Positions 1 through 7,195 of a DNA stretch of 16,586 nucleotides are shown here, one piece after another (within the stretch, counting starts at the first letter, position 1; each line of letters begins with the position of its first letter). The position numbers and the translations under genes were made by a program. Below the pieces are notes generated by a model. It was given only the letters and a program-made list of their open reading frames with translations. It was not told the DNA's origin and did not search any database. The stretch lies in NCBI GenBank assembly GCA_030587475.2, contig JAUQYZ020000084.1, positions 1 to 16,586 on the forward strand. The letters are read 5' to 3'. The stretch comes from Candidatus Sigynarchaeum calidifontis (GTDB lineage Archaea > Asgardarchaeota > Lokiarchaeia > Sigyniarchaeales > Sigyniarchaeaceae).

Positions 1-1404
1 TCGATGGCACTGCGGCGCCACTCCATACCGTTCCATGCACGCGTGGTCAAGCAAATCTCCGCGAAGTACATCGGCGACATCGCTTCGGCTGGCCCACAAC
101 AGGAGAAGCAGTTAACGGGAGATGAGATCGCCGAACAAAAGTTTTTCGTTTTCACGGACTTCGGGAGCGGTCAGCTTGATTTTCTCGCAAAGAACCTCCG
201 GCGCGAACGCGTGCTGATCATCGATCACCACGAGATCGAGGATGTCAAGGAGAAAGCTATCCTCTCGGGCATGTTGCACGTGAACCCGTGGTTGTTTGGG
301 ATAAATGGCTCGAGCGAGATTTCCGGGGCCGGGGTCACATACTTGTTTGCACGTGCGATGGATCCTGAGAACCGGGTACTAGCCCCGTTGGCCATCATGG
401 GTGCCCTGGGAGACATGCAAGACAAGGGTGACAAGAATTCTCTCACGGGCATGAACCGGATCATCGTCGATGACGCGAAAAACCTCCGGCTGGTGTCCGA
501 GAACGTCGATTTGAGACTATTCGGCCGGTATAGCAGGCCCATCCACCTCGCGCTCAGCTTCACGACGGATCCGTTTCTCCCTGGCTTGTCGGGTGACGAG
601 ACCGCGTGCGCAAATTTTGTCCAGCGACTCAAGATACCCATGAAGCATGGCGGGGAGAAGTCCCGCACGATCTCCGATTTGACCAAGGATGAGAAGTCAC
701 AACTCATATCGGCGCTCATCGAATGGTCTTTGAAGCACGGCATGACCGCGAGCATCATTAAAAACTTGCTAGGCACGATATACACGTTAGATAACGAGGA
801 TCCATCGACCAACTTGAAAGACCTTCGCGAGTTCGCGTCTGTCCTTAATTCTTGCGGCCGGCTCGGCTTCGGTGGCATCGGCCTGGCGATCGCGATGGGC
901 GACCGCAAGGAAATATTCGCGGAGGGGCAACATGCCATTTCAGAGTACCGGAAGCGCATAGCCAACTACATGGACTGGATACAGACAACGGGTGCGATAA
1001 AGAAGCGGGATGGCTTACAAGTACTCGAAGGTGCCGCATACATCGACGACGCCATGATAGGGACGATCTTGTCGATGCTGCTTTCGTCTCGTCACGTGTC
1101 GAGCGATAGCCCAATCATCGGCTGGTCGCACCTCAAGGACGACCCGGAAATGGTAAAGATCTCGGCAAGGGCAGTGCAAGACCTCGTTGATAAAGGATTA
1201 AACCTCGGCATTGCGATCCGCGACGTGTTAAAAGAATTAGATATCGATTCCCCCGGTGGTGGCCACGCGCCCGCCGCCGGCGTCGAGATTCCCAAAGCAA
1301 AACTCGACAAGTTCTTGAAATCGCTCGGGCGCAAGGTCGCCGGGCAGCTCCAGCCTAGCGTTTTGGCGGGTTCACAGTCGAAGAAAACCCAATCGTGGAT
1401 TTGA
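1..1404 (+). CDS. DHH-family phosphoesterase, archaeal RecJ/GAN (Cdc45-related) type; 5'-truncated by the window edge
   Basis: Motifs TDFGSGQ, IIDHHE (DHH), NP..G..G..EISGAGVTY, GALGDMQ and C-terminal DHHA1 GGGHAPAAG. The frame is open to base 1 and the N-terminal DxDG motif is absent, so the true start lies upstream of the window. Confidence 0.9.
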   Translation, partial: SMALRRHSIPFHARVVKQISAKYIGDIASAGPQQEKQLTGDEIAEQKFFVFTDFGSGQLDFLAKNLRRERVLIIDHHEIEDVKEKAILSGMLHVNPWLFGINGSSEISGAGVTYLFARAMDPENRVLAPLAIMGALGDMQDKGDKNSLTGMNRIIVDDAKNLRLVSENVDLRLFGRYSRPIHLALSFTTDPFLPGLSGDETACANFVQRLKIPMKHGGEKSRTISDLTKDEKSQLISALIEWSLKHGMTASIIKNLLGTIYTLDNEDPSTNLKDLREFASVLNSCGRLGFGGIGLAIAMGDRKEIFAEGQHAISEYRKRIANYMDWIQTTGAIKKRDGLQVLEGAAYIDDAMIGTILSMLLSSRHVSSDSPIIGWSHLKDDPEMVKISARAVQDLVDKGLNLGIAIRDVLKELDIDSPGGGHAPAAGVEIPKAKLDKFLKSLGRKVAGQLQPSVLAGSQSKKTQSWI

Positions 1405-1463
1405 CATGCCCCTTTTCCCCCGTGCTCGGTTCTGATCATTTCGATTCTGGATCGATCGGTTTA

Positions 1464-1503
1464 TTTCATATGAAAGTGTTAAATATTAGTTTCGATATTT
1501 AAC
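1464..1503. promoter_or_regulatory. Two adjacent palindromes over an AT-rich TATA-like segment; candidate operator/promoter of the oxidoreductase
   Basis: TTTCATATGAAA (1464-1475, perfect 12-bp palindrome) and GTTAAATAT-N8-ATATTTAAC (1478-1503, perfect 9-bp arms). Confidence 0.45.
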
Positions 1504-1656
1504 CGTGCTCCAATCTCGCGTGATTATATCGTGGATCCCGCGCGTCTTGGCTAATAACGATGGCCAGGATCTTGCTATCTTCGCTATAGACGCACCGGCG
1601 CATCGACCCACGTGTATGACGCCCTCCACACCATTTAACTCGAAAGGAACTTTACC

Positions 1657-2958
1657 ATGAAAGTTGCGATCATCGGAAATGGGCTTGCTGGCGTGACTTT
1701 AGCGTCTAACCTGTTCAATTTGGATGATAGCATCGAAATCCACATGTTTTCAGAGGAAAAGCATCCATATTATTCCCGCGTGCGTCTTGTTGATTATGTC
1801 GTCGGTAACATTTCACTCGATGAACTTTTTATTTATGACAAGAACTGGTACGCGCAGCGGAACATCAACCTCCACTTGAATTCGACCGTCAAGACCGTGA
1901 ACACCTCCAAGTCCACGATCGCGGTCGAAGTGAAGGATGGCTCGGCGACTAGCATGATGGATTTTCACTATGACGTTCTCGTGATCGCGAGCGGGAGCAA
2001 GCCGATCATCCCTGACATTCCAGGAAAGGAAAAATATGGCTGGCACGTGCTTCGGAACATCGAGGACGCGGACGGAATCAAGGAGCATCTCAAGCAAGTG
2101 GAACGGATCACGATCCTTGGTTCCGGTGCTCTCGGGTTGGAGCTGGCCAACGCGTTCCGCGCGGGGCCTAACTCGCGAGACACGTCCATCATAGAAATCC
2201 AACCAATGGTGGCGCCTGTATATCTTGACAAACAAGGCGCGACGGTCTTCTTGAACTTGCTCGAGCGGGCCGGCGTGAAGATCCTCGTCAAGACAGAGGT
2301 GACCGAGCTCGTGGGTGATGACAAGCTTATCAAGCATGCAGATGGCCGAACATACCGTGGATCCATCGAGGGCTGTCGCCTCGCCGACAAGACGATCCAC
2401 AAGGGCGACATGGTCATCTTCGCTTGTGGCATCAAGCCCAACGTAGATTTCTTGCGCAACACCCCGCTGGAAATCATCGACGGCATCGTCGTGAACGATT
2501 ATCTCCAGACATCTGTCAAGAACGTTTATGCTATCGGTGATTGTTGCGAACACAACGCGTTTATCTACGGCATCAACCCTGCAGCGATTGAACAAGCCAA
2601 GATTTGCGCGTATAACATTGTCAAGCCGGATGGAAAGCCTCGCGTCTACCGAGGCACGATTCCATCTGTTTCTTTCTACGGCTTCGGTACGGAGCTCGTA
2701 AGTCTCGGCCGGGTCAACGATTTCACTATCGATCCAGACGAGTTGAAGGAAATCTATTCCTATTACAAGGTCGACATGACACTCGGTATTTACAAGAAAA
2801 TTTTGCTTAACAAAAAACACCACGTTATCGGGGCAATCTTGATCGGGGACCTGGAACAGCAGCTCGATCTGCGGCGGATGATCTTGGAAGAAATAGACGT
2901 GTCCGGCTTCGAAGAGAACATTTTGCAAGATGGCTTTTCCTTGCGCGAATGGATCTAA
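1657..2958 (+). CDS. FAD-dependent NAD(P)H oxidoreductase (NADH:rubredoxin oxidoreductase / NirB N-terminal-like)
   Basis: N-terminal GNGLAG FAD motif, YDxLVIASGS, second Rossmann motif GSGALGLE, TSxxxVYAIGDC, and a C-terminal YKKI...GAILIGD domain. No NirB [2Fe-2S] or siroheme domains. Confidence 0.88.
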   Translation: MKVAIIGNGLAGVTLASNLFNLDDSIEIHMFSEEKHPYYSRVRLVDYVVGNISLDELFIYDKNWYAQRNINLHLNSTVKTVNTSKSTIAVEVKDGSATSMMDFHYDVLVIASGSKPIIPDIPGKEKYGWHVLRNIEDADGIKEHLKQVERITILGSGALGLELANAFRAGPNSRDTSIIEIQPMVAPVYLDKQGATVFLNLLERAGVKILVKTEVTELVGDDKLIKHADGRTYRGSIEGCRLADKTIHKGDMVIFACGIKPNVDFLRNTPLEIIDGIVVNDYLQTSVKNVYAIGDCCEHNAFIYGINPAAIEQAKICAYNIVKPDGKPRVYRGTIPSVSFYGFGTELVSLGRVNDFTIDPDELKEIYSYYKVDMTLGIYKKILLNKKHHVIGAILIGDLEQQLDLRRMILEEIDVSGFEENILQDGFSLREWI

Positions 2959-3056
2959 AAAAGATTCCTCGATTCAAGGTTTCAAGGATAAAGTCGCGGT
3001 GGTCAGAGAGTTCTTGGTGAAATGCAAGAATCCATCAGAGGAAGTATGATCCCGAT

Positions 3057-3113
3057 GTCTTTATAAATAGACCGCTGTCAATAACTGCCTTTTTTTTGCT
3101 ATGAAGTCATAGC
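3057..3113 (+). promoter_or_regulatory. Candidate TATA box with downstream palindrome, upstream of the PAC2 gene
   Basis: TTTATAAA at 3060-3067 flanked by GTCT/AGAC; GCTATGA-AG-TCATAGC at 3098-3113, near the expected transcription start. Confidence 0.4.
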
Positions 3114-3182
3114 CCCCGATAAAACACGGATTATACAAACTCTCGCGCATTTATTTAATCCTCTGCGGAAGATCCACTAGCA

Positions 3183-3980
3183 ATGGTGACTAAATTGGAA
3201 GGTACAAAGATAAAGAAGTGTTGTATGCTGAGCAATGGGGTTTCAACTGATGCGGTCGCGATCGTCGGCGTGGCCAATGCTGGCCTTGTCGGCGCCATTG
3301 CGGCAAGCCACATAATTGAGAAAATGAAGCTCGAGGAGGTCGCTCATATAAACTCCTCCATTTTTCCCCCAATTTCGGTATTCATCGACGGGGTCTTGAA
3401 GAATCCTTTTAGAATCTACGCGGACGTGAAGACTCTAGATGGAAAGATGAAGCAAGCCACGACCTTCGTGGTGACCACGGAGCTGCCCCTCAACAAGGAA
3501 ACCTATCACGAGATCGCCCATGTACTCGTCGATTACATCCAGGAAATAGGGATCAAGCAAATCGTAACACTTGTCGGATTTCCCGTTGAAGAAATGGACA
3601 CGATCGAGATATATTATGCCGCGGAACCGGTAATCTTGGAACGGCTTAAAAAGATACCGAGCATCCAGCCTTTGCCCAAGGGCATGATCTTTGGCATCGA
3701 GGCACTCGTACTCAACGAGGCACTCGAGCGTGAGATCGATGGTTTCACGCTCATCGCGCCCGTGAAGGAATACCTGCCCGCGACACGCAGCGCGGCCGCG
3801 CTCATCGAGGCACTGAACAAGATCTTCCCGTTCCTCAACGTGGAAGTCAAGGAATTGTTGATGCGCGATGACCAGCTGCAAGCCAAGCTCAAGGAACTCG
3901 CGGAACAAGTGCGGCGATCCCAAGTGGAAGAGTACACGCCACCGCCGCCATCGAAAAGCATGAACTCGCTCTTCACCTGA
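3183..3980 (+). CDS. Proteasome assembly chaperone (PAC2 / PbaA-PbaB family)
   Basis: GxxxxGLVGxIAAxHIIEK, FPPISVFxDG...PFRIY, IVTLVG, GxIxGxxALVL, PxxxSAAxLIE, followed by the typical C-terminal helix and a hydrophobic-aromatic-X terminus (LFT). Confidence 0.88.
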   Translation: MVTKLEGTKIKKCCMLSNGVSTDAVAIVGVANAGLVGAIAASHIIEKMKLEEVAHINSSIFPPISVFIDGVLKNPFRIYADVKTLDGKMKQATTFVVTTELPLNKETYHEIAHVLVDYIQEIGIKQIVTLVGFPVEEMDTIEIYYAAEPVILERLKKIPSIQPLPKGMIFGIEALVLNEALEREIDGFTLIAPVKEYLPATRSAAALIEALNKIFPFLNVEVKELLMRDDQLQAKLKELAEQVRRSQVEEYTPPPPSKSMNSLFT

Positions 3981-3988
3981 GCGATGGT

Positions 3989-4014
3989 AGATTTAGTTTT
4001 CTAAATCTTTTTTT
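3989..4014 (+). terminator. Hairpin plus oligo-T terminator after the PAC2 gene
   Basis: AGATTTAG-TTTT-CTAAATCT running into a T tract, 8 nt after the stop codon. Confidence 0.6.
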
Positions 4015-4115
4015 AACTTGTATAGTTCTATTTTTCACGTACCCGGTGCCTACCGTCGAGCTTGCAAGTTTATCTGGCCTTGAAATGCCTTTAGTGGACG
4101 CCCGGGGAAAAAAGG

Positions 4116-4508
4116 TCAATCTTGCCTCGGGTAGGTCTTGGCGATTTCCTTCGCGTAGTAACGGAAGACCGAGACGATCTTACCCATGTCGCTCAGCTTG
4201 TTGCTGGCACCAACGAGAAAAAAGCGCCCCGCGTCGGAGAGTACAAGGAACGCGTTCCCGCCGCGTAACACGAGCTCGAGCAGTTGCTTGTAACCGATCC
4301 GGTCTATGGCTTGGGTGCCAGCTTGGAGCAACACGGCAGCCATCGAGCAGAGCATGTCCGGTTGCAACTGCGTGCCGGGGATTGCCGAAAAAGCAAGGCG
4401 ATCGCCGACACGACTCACGAGGGCGAGTGCTTCCAGCTCCGTATGCGCGATTATCTGCCCCAGGTATTGCGCGAGATTATTAGCCTCATCCTCTGTTAAC
4501 TCGTTCAA
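4116..4508 (-). CDS. Roadblock/LC7 (MglB/LAMTOR2-like) domain protein
   Basis: 130 aa with the roadblock pattern: helix, ALVSRVG beta pair, D.LCSMAAVLL..G helix, ELVLRGGNAFLVL strands and C-terminal helix. TTG start; an in-frame TAG five codons upstream limits any extension. Confidence 0.85.
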   Translation of the reverse strand: MNELTEDEANNLAQYLGQIIAHTELEALALVSRVGDRLAFSAIPGTQLQPDMLCSMAAVLLQAGTQAIDRIGYKQLLELVLRGGNAFLVLSDAGRFFLVGASNKLSDMGKIVSVFRYYAKEIAKTYPRQD

Positions 4509-4564
4509 GCGTGCATCATCCTAAAGGGTATGTTATCGAGCGACCTACTATCTATCATCTCGCT

Positions 4565-4630
4565 ACAGATTTAAAAAACTAATCTGTCTATTGTTTTTGT
4601 ACTGAAGAGGGGAAACCTAAAACAAGGTTT
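4565..4630. promoter_or_regulatory. Divergent promoter region (roadblock / Sm) with two inverted repeats
   Basis: ACAGATT-N9-AATCTGT (4565-4587) spans a TTTTTAAA box on the minus strand; AAACCT-N6-AGGTTT (4613-4630) runs into TTTTAAT on the plus strand. Confidence 0.35.
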
Positions 4631-4685
4631 TAATTCACACGATCCTACACTCCACTATCCAATTTCCTCTATCTGGGATTTTTCA

Positions 4686-5297
4686 ATGCGACCGCTCGAC
4701 TTGTTAGGGCTTAATTTGAACCGCGCCGTGACCATCCAGATCAAGAGAAACCAGCGCTACGTGGGGACACTCACCGGATTTGATGAGCACTTGAACATGT
4801 ACCTGGAGAACGTGAAAAACGAGTATTTCGAGGTACCCGAGGAGGAAGAGCTAGAAGAAGATGATGACGATTCCCTCAAGTCGTTGACTCCCGCCGACAA
4901 GCCTGAACCACGACAACCCCCCGCCGTGCCGGAAAAACACGAGGAAATGATCGGCAACATCATTTTACGAGGCGATAATGTTATCTTCTTGCGAATCGAC
5001 CGGCCGGTCTTTTTAGCCCGTCAACCGCAGAGAATTGGTTATGGCAAGCCTATACATGATGCAGGTGGCCGGCGCGATTACCCGCCCCGGCGTGACCAGG
5101 GTAGCCACGGGGGCCGGCGGGATTATCCCCCGCGGCGGGACGGTGGTGGCGGGCGTCGCGATTATCCACCCCGCCGCGAGGGAAGTGGTCATGGTGGTTC
5201 ACGGAGGGATGGGTCACCGAGACGTGATAACTGGCACGACGAGGGCGGCCCGCGCAAGCCGCAAGGAAAGCCCGCTCCCCGCCGTGAAAGAGAATAG
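4686..5297 (+). CDS. Sm/LSm-family RNA-binding protein (SmAP) with acidic loop insertion and Arg/Gly-rich repeat tail
   Basis: Sm1 motif RPLDLL...V.I.IK....Y.G.L.GFDEHLNMYLENV and Sm2 motif IGNIILRGDNVIFL; 203 aa versus about 75 aa for a typical SmAP1/2. Confidence 0.9.
   Translation: MRPLDLLGLNLNRAVTIQIKRNQRYVGTLTGFDEHLNMYLENVKNEYFEVPEEEELEEDDDDSLKSLTPADKPEPRQPPAVPEKHEEMIGNIILRGDNVIFLRIDRPVFLARQPQRIGYGKPIHDAGGRRDYPPRRDQGSHGGRRDYPPRRDGGGGRRDYPPRREGSGHGGSRRDGSPRRDNWHDEGGPRKPQGKPAPRRERE
5064..5228 (+). repeat. Coding repeat: three copies of GGRRDYPPRR(D/E) plus one degenerate copy (GSRRDGSPRRD)
   Basis: Copies start at 5064, 5109 and 5148; the degenerate copy starts near 5196. The nucleotide copies differ mostly at synonymous positions. 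Confidence 0.9.
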
Positions 5298-5302
5298 GCG
5301 CA

Positions 5303-7084
5303 TCACTTGCCACGCGCGTTCTTTGTCGCGATAGCTTTCTGCAGTAATTGTATTTCCTTCCGTGACACTTGTGCCCAGCGGAACGAGTTCTCGACCCGCG
5401 CCCGTGCATTTACCCGCATCGCCTCGTATAGCCTGGGGTTCTTGATCACCGCCCGCTTCAGCCGGGAATCCAAGATATTTACGGCTATCGAGGGGTCGTT
5501 CGCCTCGCAAGCATCGATCGCCCGGGCCATGTCGACGATTGCACCAGCGAGCTCTTCAGGGTTTTCTTTCTCGACGAGCAAGCCGGTTCCTTGAATATCG
5601 TTCTCGCGGATGTCGATTATGGTTTCCTTGATACCCCCGACGCGGGCTCCGATGGCAGGCAAGCCAACCGCGTTGGCTTCGAGGATCATGATTCCAAAAG
5701 GCTCCCAGCGTGATGGCCCGATGTACAAGTCCGCAGCCACGTGCGCGAGCATGAAGATAGATGGTGCGTTTCCGAACACGTAACGCACGTGATCCCGCAC
5801 ATCGGGCTTGATAGCAAGATCTGCATAAATTTTAATCAAGGCTTTCTCCCCTTGGGTTGGTAAATTCAAGAGCAAGAAATTGAGATTTGGATATTCTGCG
5901 ATGGCACGCGGGACGGCATCCAGCAGCGTGTCAATGCCCTTTTGGCTGGACGTGCGTCCCGTGAGGAGGCAAAGCTTGCCATCCTCGGGGAAGCTCGTCA
6001 TCCTGCCGTCCCGCGTGTAGGGCGCGATCCCGTCGTATTCCTTGATGATTTTTAACAACTCTGGATCGTCGATAAAAGGTTCGCTGGCTGGCAAGTTGCC
6101 GATTTTACACGTCGAAAGGAACCGTCTTAACTCTTGCCTGGTTGCCGGTTTCTTGGGTTTGCGACCCGTGAACGATGCATATTCGCTGCTATTCGCCGTC
6201 CAAACGCCACGGACGATCTCGTCGTGATCCCAGTCACAGCCATTATATATGAAATCGGTCTTGCCATCGAGCAGGTCACCACCGCAACCAGGTATCACGT
6301 TTTCATTCAGGTATGTCTTGGACACGCTGGTCACGGTATCGGCCACGTACGCGGCCATGCGTTCCAGTTTGTACTTGCACGAGATCAAGAGGTCGGAGAT
6401 CCTGGACTCGGTCCTGCCACCCTTGATCGTGCACGGCAGTGGCGTGTCCGCGACGCCGCAGCAAGCCAGGTATTCCATGGTCACTTTCGGCCCGGTGAGC
6501 AAGTGGATGGTGAGGATCGTCGCCACGTCGGTGCCACGCTTGATGAGCTCCTGGCGCAATCCCAGTAGACCGGGTACCGCGTGATAATCGTGCACGTGCA
6601 CGACGTCTGGAATGTTACCGGCTTTGGCCTCTTGCACCATGAATTCCTTCAAGGCGCGAGAAAAAACGGCGATCTTCGCCCGCAAACCCGCCATGCTGTA
6701 GATAACCGGGTCTTCGAGGATCCGGCTAGTACGATCATCCCCGCCAGCGAAAGCCAGCACTCTCGCCTTTATGCCAGGCAAGGCTAGCTCGTGCAGTGAA
6801 ACCGTGACCCGCGCCTCGGGGGGATACCCATCGAGGAACCGGCTTGCCGGGTCGTCGACGATGCCCGCGAACCGCTGCATGTACCGCAAGTCGAAATCAA
6901 GTTTCCTGGATCCGAAATCCCCGCCGTTTTTTCCACGAATCAAGCCATGTGCAGGCATGAGAACCGTGATATCAAGGTCATCCCCGAGATGCTTGACCTG
7001 GTTCGTTGGCACCTCGCCAAGCCCGCCGAGCTTGGCCGGCCCGAACTCGAACGTCATTATCCACAGCTTGGACTTGATAGCCAT
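5303..7084 (-). CDS. glgA: Glycogen synthase (GT5 family, GT-B fold)
   Basis: KLGGLG (KxGGL nucleotide-sugar motif) near the N-terminus, PDVVHVHDYH, VTSVSKTY, IYNG, GRxxxQKG.D and PSRWEPFGIMILEA. Confidence 0.85.
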   Translation of the reverse strand: MAIKSKLWIMTFEFGPAKLGGLGEVPTNQVKHLGDDLDITVLMPAHGLIRGKNGGDFGSRKLDFDLRYMQRFAGIVDDPASRFLDGYPPEARVTVSLHELALPGIKARVLAFAGGDDRTSRILEDPVIYSMAGLRAKIAVFSRALKEFMVQEAKAGNIPDVVHVHDYHAVPGLLGLRQELIKRGTDVATILTIHLLTGPKVTMEYLACCGVADTPLPCTIKGGRTESRISDLLISCKYKLERMAAYVADTVTSVSKTYLNENVIPGCGGDLLDGKTDFIYNGCDWDHDEIVRGVWTANSSEYASFTGRKPKKPATRQELRRFLSTCKIGNLPASEPFIDDPELLKIIKEYDGIAPYTRDGRMTSFPEDGKLCLLTGRTSSQKGIDTLLDAVPRAIAEYPNLNFLLLNLPTQGEKALIKIYADLAIKPDVRDHVRYVFGNAPSIFMLAHVAADLYIGPSRWEPFGIMILEANAVGLPAIGARVGGIKETIIDIRENDIQGTGLLVEKENPEELAGAIVDMARAIDACEANDPSIAVNILDSRLKRAVIKNPRLYEAMRVNARARVENSFRWAQVSRKEIQLLQKAIATKNARGK

Positions 7085-7195
7085 GCGCGCTAGAAAGGTT
7101 GCCGTTTTTCAAACGTTACCAAAAGCAAACCCGCTCGGCAAAGATGTATATCAAGGGTGATTGTTTTTTAGTCTCCAAACAAGAATCGATGGTTG

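Noticed and set aside
1813-2928. 371-aa antisense ORF
   Set aside because: Mirror frame of the oxidoreductase with no recognisable motifs; expected from codon bias.
5064-5228. Repeats as a CRISPR array or DNA-level tandem repeat
   Set aside because: They are in frame, vary at synonymous sites and have very short spacers; no cas genes are present.
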